From: Lytechinus pictus
Lineage: Eukaryota
Direction of reading: 5' to 3'
Assembly (NCBI RefSeq): GCF_037042905.1
Contig: NC_087251.1
Location: forward strand, 3,536,001-3,600,000
Length of the DNA stretch: 64,000 nt
Shown: positions 1-12,600 of the stretch, in pieces
Layout: each line of letters starts with the position of its first letter
Numbering within the stretch: the stretch's first letter is position 1
Notes under the pieces: model-generated
Told to the model about the DNA's origin: nothing
Database searches by the model: none
What the model saw: only the letters and a program-made list of their open reading frames with translations
Made by a program: the position numbers and the translations under genes

Positions 1-459
1 GGACATCGGCACACAATCCTTGTTTAGGGTGCCCAAGTGGCCTAATCCTGGGTTAGGGTGCTTTTTTCACTAAGATGATTCTCAAGGATGCTGTCCACTC
101 TTCAATTGAAGTACCTCCATCCCGAAGCTTGTTGTATCAAAGATCCCTGGGTCCATCAGGAACTGTAATGTTAATAAAGGCAGAATATAGATTATTTTAA
201 GGCAAATCCAACCTTTGTCATAAAATGTGTTGGAAAAGAGAAAAATAAGAAAAACAGAATTGTGAAAGTTTGAAAGAAGTCGCATAAGCAATAAGAAAGT
301 TGTGGCTGCTTTAAAATTGAGATCCCTAAGAATATGTAAATTTCAAATTGGCAACTGGGTAAGTAAATTATGACAAGGGACAAGGACAATTTTCCCATTG
401 GACATTTATGATTATCATGATTTTTTCTTTCTTCAAGTACATATTCTCTTGTGGCAGTA

Positions 460-778
460 ATCAAAATATAACCCAGGTAGCGTATTTTATATCCTCATGA
501 AAGATAAATACAATTTGAAGTTAAACTTATGAAAAAAAGAAGGCTTTTTAGCCATTTTATATATTCTAGTTAGTGGAAGAGTAGCCTCCTTGCCTTACAT
601 CAATATGACATCACAAATGTGGCCAATTTGAAGTCTTCATAGGTATAGTGATTACCGGTTTTTACAACTTTTAAAATTCATATCTTATTTGTCCGATACT
701 CAAACTTTCACACATCAACTTGTCTGATTTTTTTCTTTTTCCTCTAAAAACAACTTTTTATTTGGGTTGGACTCCACT
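460..778. mobile_element. Degenerate Kolobok-like MITE remnant
   Basis: Ends gggttggactccact|ttaa, with preceding sequence similar in style to the right ends of the other TTAA MITEs. Left end uncertain. Confidence 0.45.
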
Positions 779-3059
779 TTAAGTGTGAATGATTTGTATT
801 TAAAAAGCAAATGTGTGTTTATACGTTCCCGCTTTTCTAAAAGTGAAAAAGTAGTGTTGGTCCTTTCTGGAGATGGTAAGCAACTCTATTTTGTATTCAA
901 AACCTACTGGTTCAATGTTATTTACTTAAGAATGTAAATACGGTTAATGTATTTTGTTTTATTTCAATTGTAATAGATTTCTGAAATATTGCAGGTACTT
1001 TATGACATGGTTTTGACTTGAATGAAGAATATTAAAAGAACATATTTTTCAGGATTTCAAACAAGATTTTATTGCTTGAATGATTGTAGAAACAACAATA
1101 CACTTTTATATTTGAATGCCTACCAAGTATGGTAATAATTGCTGTATTGCATCTGTTATTGAGCTTTTCCAGCTGCCATTGTATTTCATGCATAGGCTAA
1201 GAAAATACCATACGTTGCTATATCTCTTCGTAATTAATGTTTCTCTATAGAAGTGAAATGTTGTAGCATTTGAGCATATATGTTTATAATAAAGCTTGTT
1301 TGATTCATGTCTAAAAATGGAAAATAGTCTTCGGTTAAAGTTATAGAATACTCATATAGGTTATCTTGAAATTCTTTTTCCTTGATACTGAATGTTAAGA
1401 TATTGACATTTATTATTTGTAATGATTGAAATATTGATTGTGGGGTGGGGAATTGGAATATAATTGCTTTTATTTTGAGGTCACTTATACTCAGTGTGAT
1501 GTTTCATCTCAATTAGTGATGCTATATTTTTCTGATATATTTGAGTTTTGATTAGGCAGAAATTGGCGAATGTAATGTAAAATGTAGCGCTCAGTGAAGA
1601 TATTTATTTTCCATCATGTAGCAATTAAACTCAGGATTTCATTAGGTGTATATGTTGCAATAATAATATGAATTAAACGAATGTCTGGAAAATGCAGATT
1701 CCATGTGTATTGGACATGTTATTGTTGAGTCTTGTGTGATATTTCATTTTTTAGGAGAGCATGGAGATGTTAAATGAGTTGATCAAGTAATGAACTGTAT
1801 GATGTGAGGTGTGATCTGTTTTGTGTGCAAGTACTGAGTTTTACATGTGGCTTCATCCTGGTGTTGCTGTACAATCATTCACATTTCAATTATCATAAAT
1901 CCTGATGACTATATGCTGCAACCAGTCTGCTAATGTGTGAAGATACTGTTTTATTATAATTATACATATCATGTCTCATGACGAAAACCTCCATTTGAGA
2001 ACACTATACCCCAGTTTCCCTTCTCATCAATTCTCTTCTCCTAGTACGACAAACCCTAACTGCCCCAATCAAGCAATTTAAAGTATCAAGACACCTGTTT
2101 CTTGACGTCGGTCAGAAGATAACACAACAGCTCGGCAATACAGTCACAGCAGGGGGCCACACACGATGGGATGCATGCGCAGCGCTGAGCGCGGTCCCTG
2201 CAAAGCATGCCGTCATTTTTATTCGCTTACTTTCCTTATTTCGAGGTCGATTTTCTTTGTTCGAAATAGAAAATTGACTAACATTGGATTACTGAACACA
2301 ATATGCCTTTGAAAACGTGATTAAATATCGAATACAATAATTTCATTCCGAAGGTCCTACTACAGGCAGAAAAGTCTTACGTAATAGCACAGCTGTTGTT
2401 TATATTTTCGTCCTTTGCTCAACGCTCATATAAGTGGCCCGTGGAGGTGAAATTGAGACAGCGGGGATTACCCCGGGATTACCTGGCCAAGCACGGTTGA
2501 TAAGGGCTTGGAAATGATTTTTGGGAGATCCAAATGGAAAATGGGGTACAATACCGCAGTTTGCAATCTGAACTGCGGTCTTTCTCCAAACGGGGTTTAA
2601 CGTAATGTGTTGATAATCTTGAACCAGAATATGAACCACATAAAAAATAGTAAAATCATATCACAAGTACGTATGCACAGCTATAAATACAAAAAAAAAT
2701 ATTTGTCTAGTAAACTAAAGTCTTTTCATTAAAACAGGCAATCTGAATATCGGATCATATCTGGAACTTCAAGATTATGATCTGATATTCAGATTGCTTA
2801 TTTTAATGATACACAAAACAAGATGATGATGAGTTTCTAACTTTTGGGTTCATCAAAATCAAATGAAATTTATAAATAGGATTATAATATACCAGTAATT
2901 GTAATAAAAGTAAATTATTTTTGTAGGCCTTTACTGCGAAGCTAAACGTAACATGATTCGGTTTCACTTTCCAGAAAAATAGAAAAGCCTCGCCTCGCGT
3001 TAGAAGCTACCATACTACTACTATGTACAGTATTTTATTTTTACACACACACACACGTC

Positions 3060-4357
3060 ACCAGGCTGAAGCCAGCGCACAAACCCAGCGCACAGAATAT
3101 ATTGTAGCAAGCCAGCGCACAAACCCAGCGCACAGAGCTATCGCGATACAAACCGCCCTACACCGTGTGCGTAGTCTATTAGTCGCAGACCCTAAATACA
3201 GCTTAAATTCTCAAACGTCTCGAATATTGTCATAATGCGCACGGAAATGGTATAGTAAAAAGGCATAGTTACCGGAACTTACAGATGATTGAAAATATGG
3301 AACTTCCATAATGCACTATTCCACATTATGATTGCTTCAAATATTAGTATATGACTGATTTGAATATAATCATTAAGAATTGAATGGAGTATGTTTCTAT
3401 ATGGCATGAGTGCAGCTGAAAATAATACAGATAAAGAAGAATCAAACAAAGTTGGTAAAATGTAAACAATATCGGACAAGGTTAATAGAGTTATGATATT
3501 TTAAAGATCCGCATTTCGGCCAGTTCTATATGCATTTCTTCTTTAACATTCAATGGAGAAAAGTAATCTCTCCTGTATATTCCCACTTTTTTAATCACAT
3601 GAATTCATGATTATTCAAATTTCCTCCTCCTATAGAATTACAAATATTGTATTAAAACTATTTAATGCATTTTCTCATTAATTTATGGACATTATTTTAA
3701 TAAGAGACATCACATGATTAAAAGATGATTTCATGCAAGAGCATTTTATAAGCAAAACGAAGTTGGAACACGTCATCATGATCACTTCAAATAGATAGTT
3801 ATGACTGCGTGCATTTTATTTTCACAAAATACTGCTTACTTCAAAATTCAGTATCAGAGTTTGATGATTGCTTCCGGATTCTCTTTTGTAAATTCAACTC
3901 TTATTAATAACTATACCCAGTTGTTGTGTGTCCGGACAGGTTGTGTGTCCGGACGATCAATTTTAGAAAGTCATTTTGAAAAATTTACAAGCGATCGAAG
4001 TTTCATCAATTTTTAGTACAAAATGTTAGGAAACAATATAAAGAACACAACAGAAGATGATTACAGCTATTGAATTCATATTTTTAGTGTAATCCAAAGA
4101 CAAAAAAGAAGGCTTCAAAAATATAAAGTGTCCGGACACCCGACCTCCCATCCTATTTCCAGCGCGGAGTATGCAACCATTTTATGTGTTCTGAGTTTCC
4201 TATGTGAATCAATATAGTTTTTGCTTATTCCCTAAATAAAATGCATCAGTTAATAAATTTCATATGAAAGATCAGTCCCTCTCGCATGGGCCTTGGAACA
4301 GGGGGGGGGGGGTAGACCACATTAAATTCTCAGAAAAAATTACATAACAACTTTGAA
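3060..4357 (+). repeat. Left unique terminal inverted repeat of the giant element (~1.3 kb)
   Basis: Reverse complement of 38870-40169 with only a handful of substitutions and one 2-bp indel seen. Mirror ORFs in the track (3801..4016+ / 39211..39426-; 3279..3479- / 39750..39950+) confirm this. Confidence 0.95.
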
Positions 4358-5065
4358 GCACTACCTGCGTTTCGGGGCATCTTAGACGCCGTCCCCTTTT
4401 TTGTGCGCCATTTAAAATTCACCCCTAAATCGATGAAGTGATTAATGAAGATAACTCTGGTTAATTTTCATGACATAAAATGTTATTTTCGATTAGCGGC
4501 TAATTTATTACCAGCTCCCGGCCACCAAAGCAAAAATGTTGGAATACACGTACACACATAGCGCGCGCGATATTTTCGTCAACGCACCCCGACATTTCGG
4601 GGCACCGTAGACCCCGTCCCCTTTTGCTGTGCACCAATGTTCACCCCTAGACCGATGAAGTGATTAATAAAGATCAATTTGGTTGATTTTCAAGACATAA
4701 AATTGTGATTTTGATTAGGGGCGAATTTATTACCAGACCAAAGCGGAATTGTTGGAATACACGTACATAATATAGCACGCCATAATAGCAAGTGCCGTAT
4801 TTTCGTCAATGCACCCCCACCTTTCGGGGCATCGTAGACCCCGTCCCCCTTTTCTGTGCACCAATGTTCACCCCTAGATCGATGAACTGATTAATAAAGA
4901 TCAATTTGGTTGATTTTCAAGAAATAAAATCCTGATTTCGATTAGCGGCGAATTTATTACCAGACCAAAGCGGAATTGCTTGAATACACGTACATAATAT
5001 AGCACGCCATAATAGCAAGTGCCGTATTTTCGTCAATGCACCCCCACCTTTCGGGGCATCGTAGG
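4358..5065 (+). repeat. About three outer satellite monomers (first ones diverged), part of the left TIR
   Basis: 227-bp periodicity (tttcgtcaat at 4801 and 5028). The diverged first monomers are mirrored almost exactly at ~38162-38869. Confidence 0.9.
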
Positions 5066-6606
5066 CAGCGGCGTAACAGGGGTCGGTGGCCAGGGGGGGC
5101 AAGAGCCAAAAATTTCCCGGTCATATCATGGAACAGGCAATGGCGTCATAAGGCAAAAATTTTGAGGGGGCGATATGGCGTATCGGGCAAATATATATAT
5201 ATATAAAAGCGAGCGAGCAAAAATTTTTGACATTTTTATTGCAAAAATCAAATTTTGTGATAGATTTTGACATAATGTTAAAAAGATGATATCATATTTC
5301 ACCCTCCTCTTTCCTTTTTTTCTCTTTTTTTTTGTACGCCACGGTGAACAGGATTTTTGTTATGATTGTGAGCATCAGGGCGAAGCTCTATATGCTCGAG
5401 GGGGCCGAATATGGCGCTTCTGGCAAGAAGTAGCTTAATGAAGGTCCCGAGCGAGCGAAGCGAGCGAGATAAAAAAATCACCTTTTCATGAGAATCTAAC
5501 ATGAAGATAGATTTTAACGTGATATTCAGAAAAAATTAATACACTTTCCTTTCTTTCCTCATTTTTTTTTGTTTGGTTGTAGAACTTTTTGGGGCCATGG
5601 TCCAAACTCATCCATATAACAGTGCTTTATGGGTGGGGTCCAGGGCAGAGCCCCGGAACCTCTTGATATCAAAGCCATTTTTAACCTTACAGAGGGCCAC
5701 TTATTTTAATCAAATTGCGTGTATATTTATATAGCTTTAACACAACACATAAATTCAATGCAGTTGTGTATCGTAATCATCCAAATATTGTGAGGGGCAC
5801 ACCATAGCAAATGTGTGAAAATTTGTAAAAAGTCGCCAGCGAGCGAAGCGAGCCAGAAAAAAATGGCCTGTTAAAATGAAATTCTAATTATGTGATAGAT
5901 TTTTACATCATTATAGTAAATATCATGTCATACATTTTTTTTCATTCATCTCATTTCGCTGCCTCCTTTATTTTCTTTTATTTCCCCTTGAAAGCTTAAT
6001 GCAGGAAGGGTCCATATAGGGGCCCGTTATAGAACCCATTAAAGGTTACAGATGAAGAGCCCCCACTGCACGGGGTCTTGACTCTTGGACAGAGCCTTTG
6101 GAGATTTAGCAAGTTTATGATAGACTTTCATACGACATTATGCTATATACCATCCATTTTTCTTCCCGCTAGTTATCTCAATCCTCGGCAGCCCGGTAGT
6201 GTACGTTATCTTGTCCCTATTCCTTAATTTCCAATTTAGATTTTAGCTAATTCCATTCTGCATTTATTTCCCGCTTTTGTTTGCCTTTTTGTAATCTTTA
6301 ATTTATTTCCCTGTCTTACTAATCATGCTAATGTAATTGTATATCGGGGCGAATTGTTCTTTCTCACTTGTTCGTTTTTCCTTCCTTTTCCCGTTATCTT
6401 TCCGTTTCCGTTTTTTATGTTTTTTCTTAGTTTTCTTTTCCCTTTTCCTTTCCCTTTCCCCTTCCCCTTTCCCCTTTTTTCTTTCCTTTCCCTTTCCCTT
6501 TCTTCCCCCTTTTTTTTCTTTTTCCCGTTTTTTTCTTATTTTCCCGGTGAGCTCCGCCAGGGGGGGGCAGCTTGCCCCCCCTGCCCCCCCGCCTGTTACG
6601 CCACTG
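5066..6606. mobile_element. hAT-like non-autonomous element (1.54 kb) inserted in a satellite monomer of the left arm
   Basis: TIRs CAGCGGCGTAACAGG ... CCTGTTACGCCACTG. Flanks ATCGTAGG (5058-5065) and ATCGTAGA (6607-6614) match 7/8 as an 8-bp TSD. G/C-run subtermini and a pyrimidine-rich tract at 6340-6545. Absent from the mirror position in the right arm. Confidence 0.88.
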
Positions 6607-9600
6607 ATCGTAGACCCCGTCCCCCTTTTCTGTGCACCAATGTTCACCCCTAGATCGATGAAGTGATTAATAAAGATCAATTTGGTTGATTTTCAAGAAA
6701 TAAAATCCTGATTTCGATTAGCGGCGAATTTATTACCAGACCAAACCGGAATTGTTGGAATACACGTACATAATATAGCACGCCATAATAGCAAGCGCCG
6801 TATTTTCGTCAATGCACCCCCACCTTTCGGGGCATCGTAGACCCCGTCCTCTTTTTCTGTGCACCAATGTTCACCCCTAGATCGATGAAGTGATTAATAA
6901 AGATCAATTTGGTTGATTTTCAAGAAATAAAATCGTGATTTCGATTAGCGGCGAATTTATTACCAGACCAAACCGGAATTGTTGGAATACACGTACATAA
7001 TATAGCACGCCATAATAGCAAGCGCCGTATTTTCGTCAATGCACCCCCACCTTTCGGGGCATCGTAGACCCCGTCCCCCTTTTCTGTGCACCAATGTTCA
7101 CCCCTAGATCGATGAACTGATTAATAAAGATCAATTTGGTTGATTTTCAAGAAATAAAATCGTGATTTCGATTAGCGGCGAATTTATTACCAGACCAAAG
7201 CGGAATTGTTGGAATACACGTACATAATATAGCACGCCATAATAGCAAGTGCCGTATTTTCGTCAATGCACCCCCACCTTTCGGGGCATCGTAGACCCCG
7301 TCCCCCTTTTCTGTGCACCAATGTTCACCCCTAGATCGATGTAGTGATTAATAAAGATCAATTTGGTTGATTTTCAAGAAATAAAATCCTGATTTCGATT
7401 AGCGGCGAATTTATTACCAGACCAAAGCGGAATTGTTTGAATACACGTACATAATATAGCACGCCATAATAGCAAGTGCCGTATTTTCGTCAATGCACCC
7501 CCACCTTTCGGGGCATCGTAGACCCCGTCCCCCTTTTCTGTGCACCAATGTTCACCCCTAGATCGATGAAGTGATTAATAAAGATCAATTTGGTTGATTT
7601 TCAAGAAATAAAATCCTGATTTCGATTAGCGGCGAATTTATTACCAGACCAAACCGGAATTGTTGGAATACACGTACATAATATAGCACGCCATAATAGC
7701 AAGCGCCGTATTTTCGTCAATGCACCCCCACCTTTCGGGGCATCGTAGACCCCGTCCTCTTTTTCTGTGCACCAATGTTCACCCCTAGATCGATGAAGTG
7801 ATTAATAAAGATCAATTTGGTTGATTTTCAAGAAATAAAATCCTGATTTCGATTAGCGGCGAATTTATTACCAGACCAAAGCGGAATTGTTGGAATACAC
7901 GTACATAATATAGCACGCCATAATAGCAAGTGCCGTATTTTCGTCAATGCACCCCCACCTTTCGGGGCATCGTAGACCCCGTCCCCCTTTTCTGTGCACC
8001 AATGTTCACCCCTAGATCGATGAAGTGATTAATAAAGATCAATTTGGTTGATTTTCAAGAAATAAAATCCTGATTTCGAATAGCGGCGAATTTATTACCA
8101 GACCAAAGCGGAATTGTTTGAATACACGTACATAATATAGCACGCCATAATAGCAAGTGCCGTATTTTCGTCAATGCACCCCCACCTTTCGGGGCATCGT
8201 AGACCCCGTCCCCCTTTTCTGTGCACCAATGTTCACCCCTAGATCGATGAAGTGATTAATAAAGATCAATTTGGTTGATTTTCAAGAAATAAAATCCTGA
8301 TTTCGATTAGCGGCGAATTTATTACCAGACCAAAGCGGAATTGTTTGAATACACGTACATAATATAGCACGCCATAATAGCAAGTGCCGTATTTTCGTCA
8401 ATGCACCCCCACCTTTCGGGGCATCGTAGACCCCGTCCCCCTTTTCTGTGCACCAATGTTCACCCCTAGATCGATGAAGTGATTAATAAAGATCAATTTG
8501 GTTGATTTTCAAGAAATAAAATCGTGATTTCGATTAGCGGCGAATTTATTACCAGACCAAACCGGAATTGTTTGAATACACGTACATAATATAGCACGCC
8601 ATAATAGCAAGTGCCGTATTTTCGTCAATGCACCCCCACCTTTCGGGGCATCGTAGACCCCGTCCCCCTTTTCTGTGCACCAATGTTCACCCCTAGATCG
8701 ATGAAGTGATTAATAAAGATCAATTTGGTTGATTTTCAAGAAATAAAATCGTGATTTCGATTAGCGGCGAATTTATTACCAGACCAAAGCGGAATTGTTG
8801 GAATACACGTACATAATATAGCACGCCATAATAGCAAGTGCCGTATTTTCGTCAATGCACCCCCACCTTTCGGTGCATCGTAGACCCCGTCCCGCTTTTC
8901 TGTGCACCAATGTTCACCCCTAGATCGATGAAGTGATTAATAAAGATCAATTTGGTTGATTTTCAAGAAATAAAATCCTGATTTCGATTAGCGGCGAATT
9001 TATTACCAGACCAAACCGGAATTGTTGGAATACACGTACATAATATAGCACGCCATAATAGCAAGCGCCGTATTTTCGTCAATGCACCCCCACCTTTCGG
9101 GGCATCGTAGACCCCGTCCTCTTTTTCTGTGCACCAATGTTCACCCCTAGATCGATGAAGTGATTAATAAAGATCAATTTGGTTGATTTTCAAGAAATAA
9201 AATCGTGATTTCGATTAGCGGCGAATTTATTACCAGACCAAACCGGAATTGTTGGAATACACGTACATAATATAGCACGCCATAATAGCAAGCGCCGTAT
9301 TTTCGTCAATGCACCCCCACCTTTCGGGGCATCGTAGACCCCGTCCTCTTTTTCTGTGCACCAATGTTCACCCCTAGATCGATGAACTGATTAATAAAGA
9401 TCAATTTGGTTGATTTTCAAGAAATAAAATCGTGATTTCGATTAGCGGCGAATTTATTACCAGACCAAAGCGGAATTGTTGGAATACACGTACATAATAT
9501 AGCACGCCATAATAGCAAGTGCCGTATTTTCGTCAATGCACCCCCACCTTTCGGGGCATCGTAGACCCCGTCCCCCTTTTCTGTGCACCAATGTTCACCC

Positions 9601-12600
9601 CTAGATCGATGTAGTGATTAATAAAGATCAATTTGGTTGATTTTCAAGAAATAAAATCCTGATTTCGATTAGCGGCGAATTTATTACCAGACCAAAGCGG
9701 AATTGTTGGAATACACGTACATAATATAGCACGCCATAATAGCAAGTGCCGTATTTTCGTCAATGCACCCCCACCTTTCGGGGCATCGTAGACCCCGTCC
9801 CCCTTTTCTGTGCACCAATGTTCACCCCTAGATCGATGGAGTGATTAATAAAGATCAATTTGGTTGATTTTCAAGAAATAAAATCCTGATTTCGATTAGC
9901 GGCGAATTTATTACCAGACCAAACCGGAATTGTTGGAATACACGTACATAATATAGCACGCCATAATAGCAAGCGCCGTATTTTCGTCAATGCACCCCCA
10001 CCTTTCGGGGCATCGTAGACCCCGTCCTCTTTTTCTGTGCACCAATGTTCACCCCTAGATCGATGAAGTGATTAATAAAGATCAATTTGGTTGATTTTCA
10101 AGAAATAAAATCGTGATTTCGATTAGCGGCGAATTTATTACCAGACCAAAGCGGAATTGTTGGAATACACGTACATAATATAGCACGCCATAATAGCAAG
10201 TGCCGTATTTTCGTCAATGCACCCCCACCTTTCGGGGCATCGTAGACCCCGTCCCCCTTTTCTGTGCACCAATGTTCACCCCTAGATCGATGAACTGATT
10301 AATAAAGATCAATTTGGTTGATTTTCAAGAAATAAAATCCTGATTTCGAATAGCGGCGAATTTATTACCAGACCAAAGCGGAATTGTTTGAATACACGTA
10401 CATAATATAGCACGCCATAATAGCAAGTGCCGTATTTTCGTCAATGCACCCCCACCTTTCGGGGCATCGTAGACCCCGTCCCCCTTTTCTGTGCACCAAT
10501 GTTCACCCCTAGATCGATGAAGTGATTAATAAAGATCAATTTGGTTGATTTTCAAGAAAAAAAATCCTGATTTCGATTAGCGGCGAATTTATTACCAGAC
10601 CAAAGCGGAATTGTTGGAATACACGTACATAATATAGCACGCCATAATAGCAAGTGCCGTATTTTCGTCAATGCACCCCCACCTTTCGGGGCATCGTAGA
10701 CCCCGTCCCCCTTTTCTGTGCACCAATGTTCACCCCTAGATCGATGAAGTGATTAATAAAGATCAATTTGGTTGATTTTCAAGAAATAAAATCGTGATTT
10801 CGATTAGCGGCGAATTTATTACCAGACCAAACCGGAATTGTTTGAATACACGTACATAATATAGCACGCCATAATAGCAAGTGCCGTATTTTCGTCAATG
10901 CACCCCCACCTTTCGGGGCATCGTAGACCCCGTCCCCCTTTTCTGTGCACCAATGTTCACCCCTAGATCGATGAAGTGATTAATAAAGATCAATTTGGTT
11001 GATTTTCAAGAAATAAAATCCTGATTTCGATTAGCGGCGAATTTATTACCAGACCAAAGCGGAATTGTTTGAATACACGTACATAATATAGCACGCCATA
11101 ATAGCAAGTGCCGTATTTTCGTCAATGCACCCCCACCTTTCGGGGCATCGTAGACCCCGTCCCCCTTTTCTGTGCACCAATGTTCACCCCTAGATCGATG
11201 GAGTGATTAATAAAGATCAATTTGGTTGATTTTCAAGAAATAAAATCCTGATTTCGATTAGCGGCGAATTTATTACCAGACCAAACCGGAATTGTTGGAA
11301 TACACGTACATAATATAGCACGCCATAATAGCAAGCGCCGTATTTTCGTCAATGCACCCCCACCTTTCGGGGCATCGTAGACCCCGTCCTCTTTTTCTGT
11401 GCACCAATGTTCACCCCTAGATCGATGAAGTGATTAATAAAAATCAATTTGGTTGATTTTCAAGAAATAAAATCGTGATTTCGATTAGCGGCGAATTTAT
11501 TACCAGACCAAAGCGGAATTGTTTGAATACACGTACATAATATAGCACGCCATAATAGCAAGTGCCGTATTTTCGTCAATGCACCCCCACCTTTCGGGGC
11601 ATCGTAGACCCCGTCCCCCTTTTCTGTGCACCAATGTTCACCCCTAGATCGATGAAGTGATTAATAAAGATCAATTTGGTTGATTTTCAAGAAATAAAAT
11701 CCTGATTTCGATTAGCGGCGAATTTATTACCAGACCAAACCGGAATTGTTGGAATACACGTACATAATATAGCACGCCATAATAGCAAGCGCCGTATTTT
11801 CGTCAATGCACCCCCACCTTTCGGGGCATCGTAGACCCCGTCCTCTTTTTCTGTGCACCAATGTTCACCCCTAGATCGATGAAGTGATTAATAAAGATCA
11901 ATTTGGTTGATTTTCAAGAAATAAAATCGTGATTTCGATTAGCGGCGAATTTATTACCAGACCAAAGCGGAATTGTTGGAATACACGTACATAATATAGC
12001 ACGCCATAATAGCAAGTGCCGTATTTTCGTCAATGCACCCCCATCTTTCGGGGCATCGTAGACCCCGTCCCCCTTTTCTGTGCACCAATGTTCACCCCTA
12101 GATCGATGAAGTGATTAATAAAGATCAATTTGGTTGATTTTCAAGAAATAAAATCCTGATTTCGATTAGCGGCGAATTTATTACCAGACCAAACCGGAAT
12201 TGTTTGAATACACGTACATAATATAGCACGCCATAATAGCAAGTGCCGTATTTTCGTCAATGCACCCCCACCTTTCGGGGCATCGTAGACCCCGTCCCCC
12301 TTTTCTGTGCACCAATGTTCACCCCTAGATCGATGAAGTGATTAATAAAGATCAATTTGGTTGATTTTCAAGAAAAAAAATCCTGATTTCGATTAGCGGC
12401 GAATTTATTACCAGACCAAAGCGGAATTGTTTGAATACACGTACATAATATAGCACGCCATAATAGCAAGTGCCGTATTTTCGTCAATGCACCCCCACCT
12501 TTCGGGGCATCGTAGACCCCGTCCCCCTTTTCTGTGCACCAATGTTCACCCCTAGATCGATGAAGTGATTAATAAAGATCAATTTGGTTGATTTTCAAGA

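Noticed and set aside
800..1960. 3' UTR of an upstream gene (T-rich, AATAAA near 1288)
   Set aside because: Plausible, but no coding exon is visible and AATAAA is common in AT-rich DNA, so it is unsupported.
2140..2165. CTCF-like motif cacagcagggggccac
   Set aside because: A single partial match, expected by chance in 64 kb.
6303..6680. 125-aa K/E/R/G-rich ORF and overlapping F/P-rich ORFs
   Set aside because: Low-complexity pyrimidine tract inside a hAT-like MITE.
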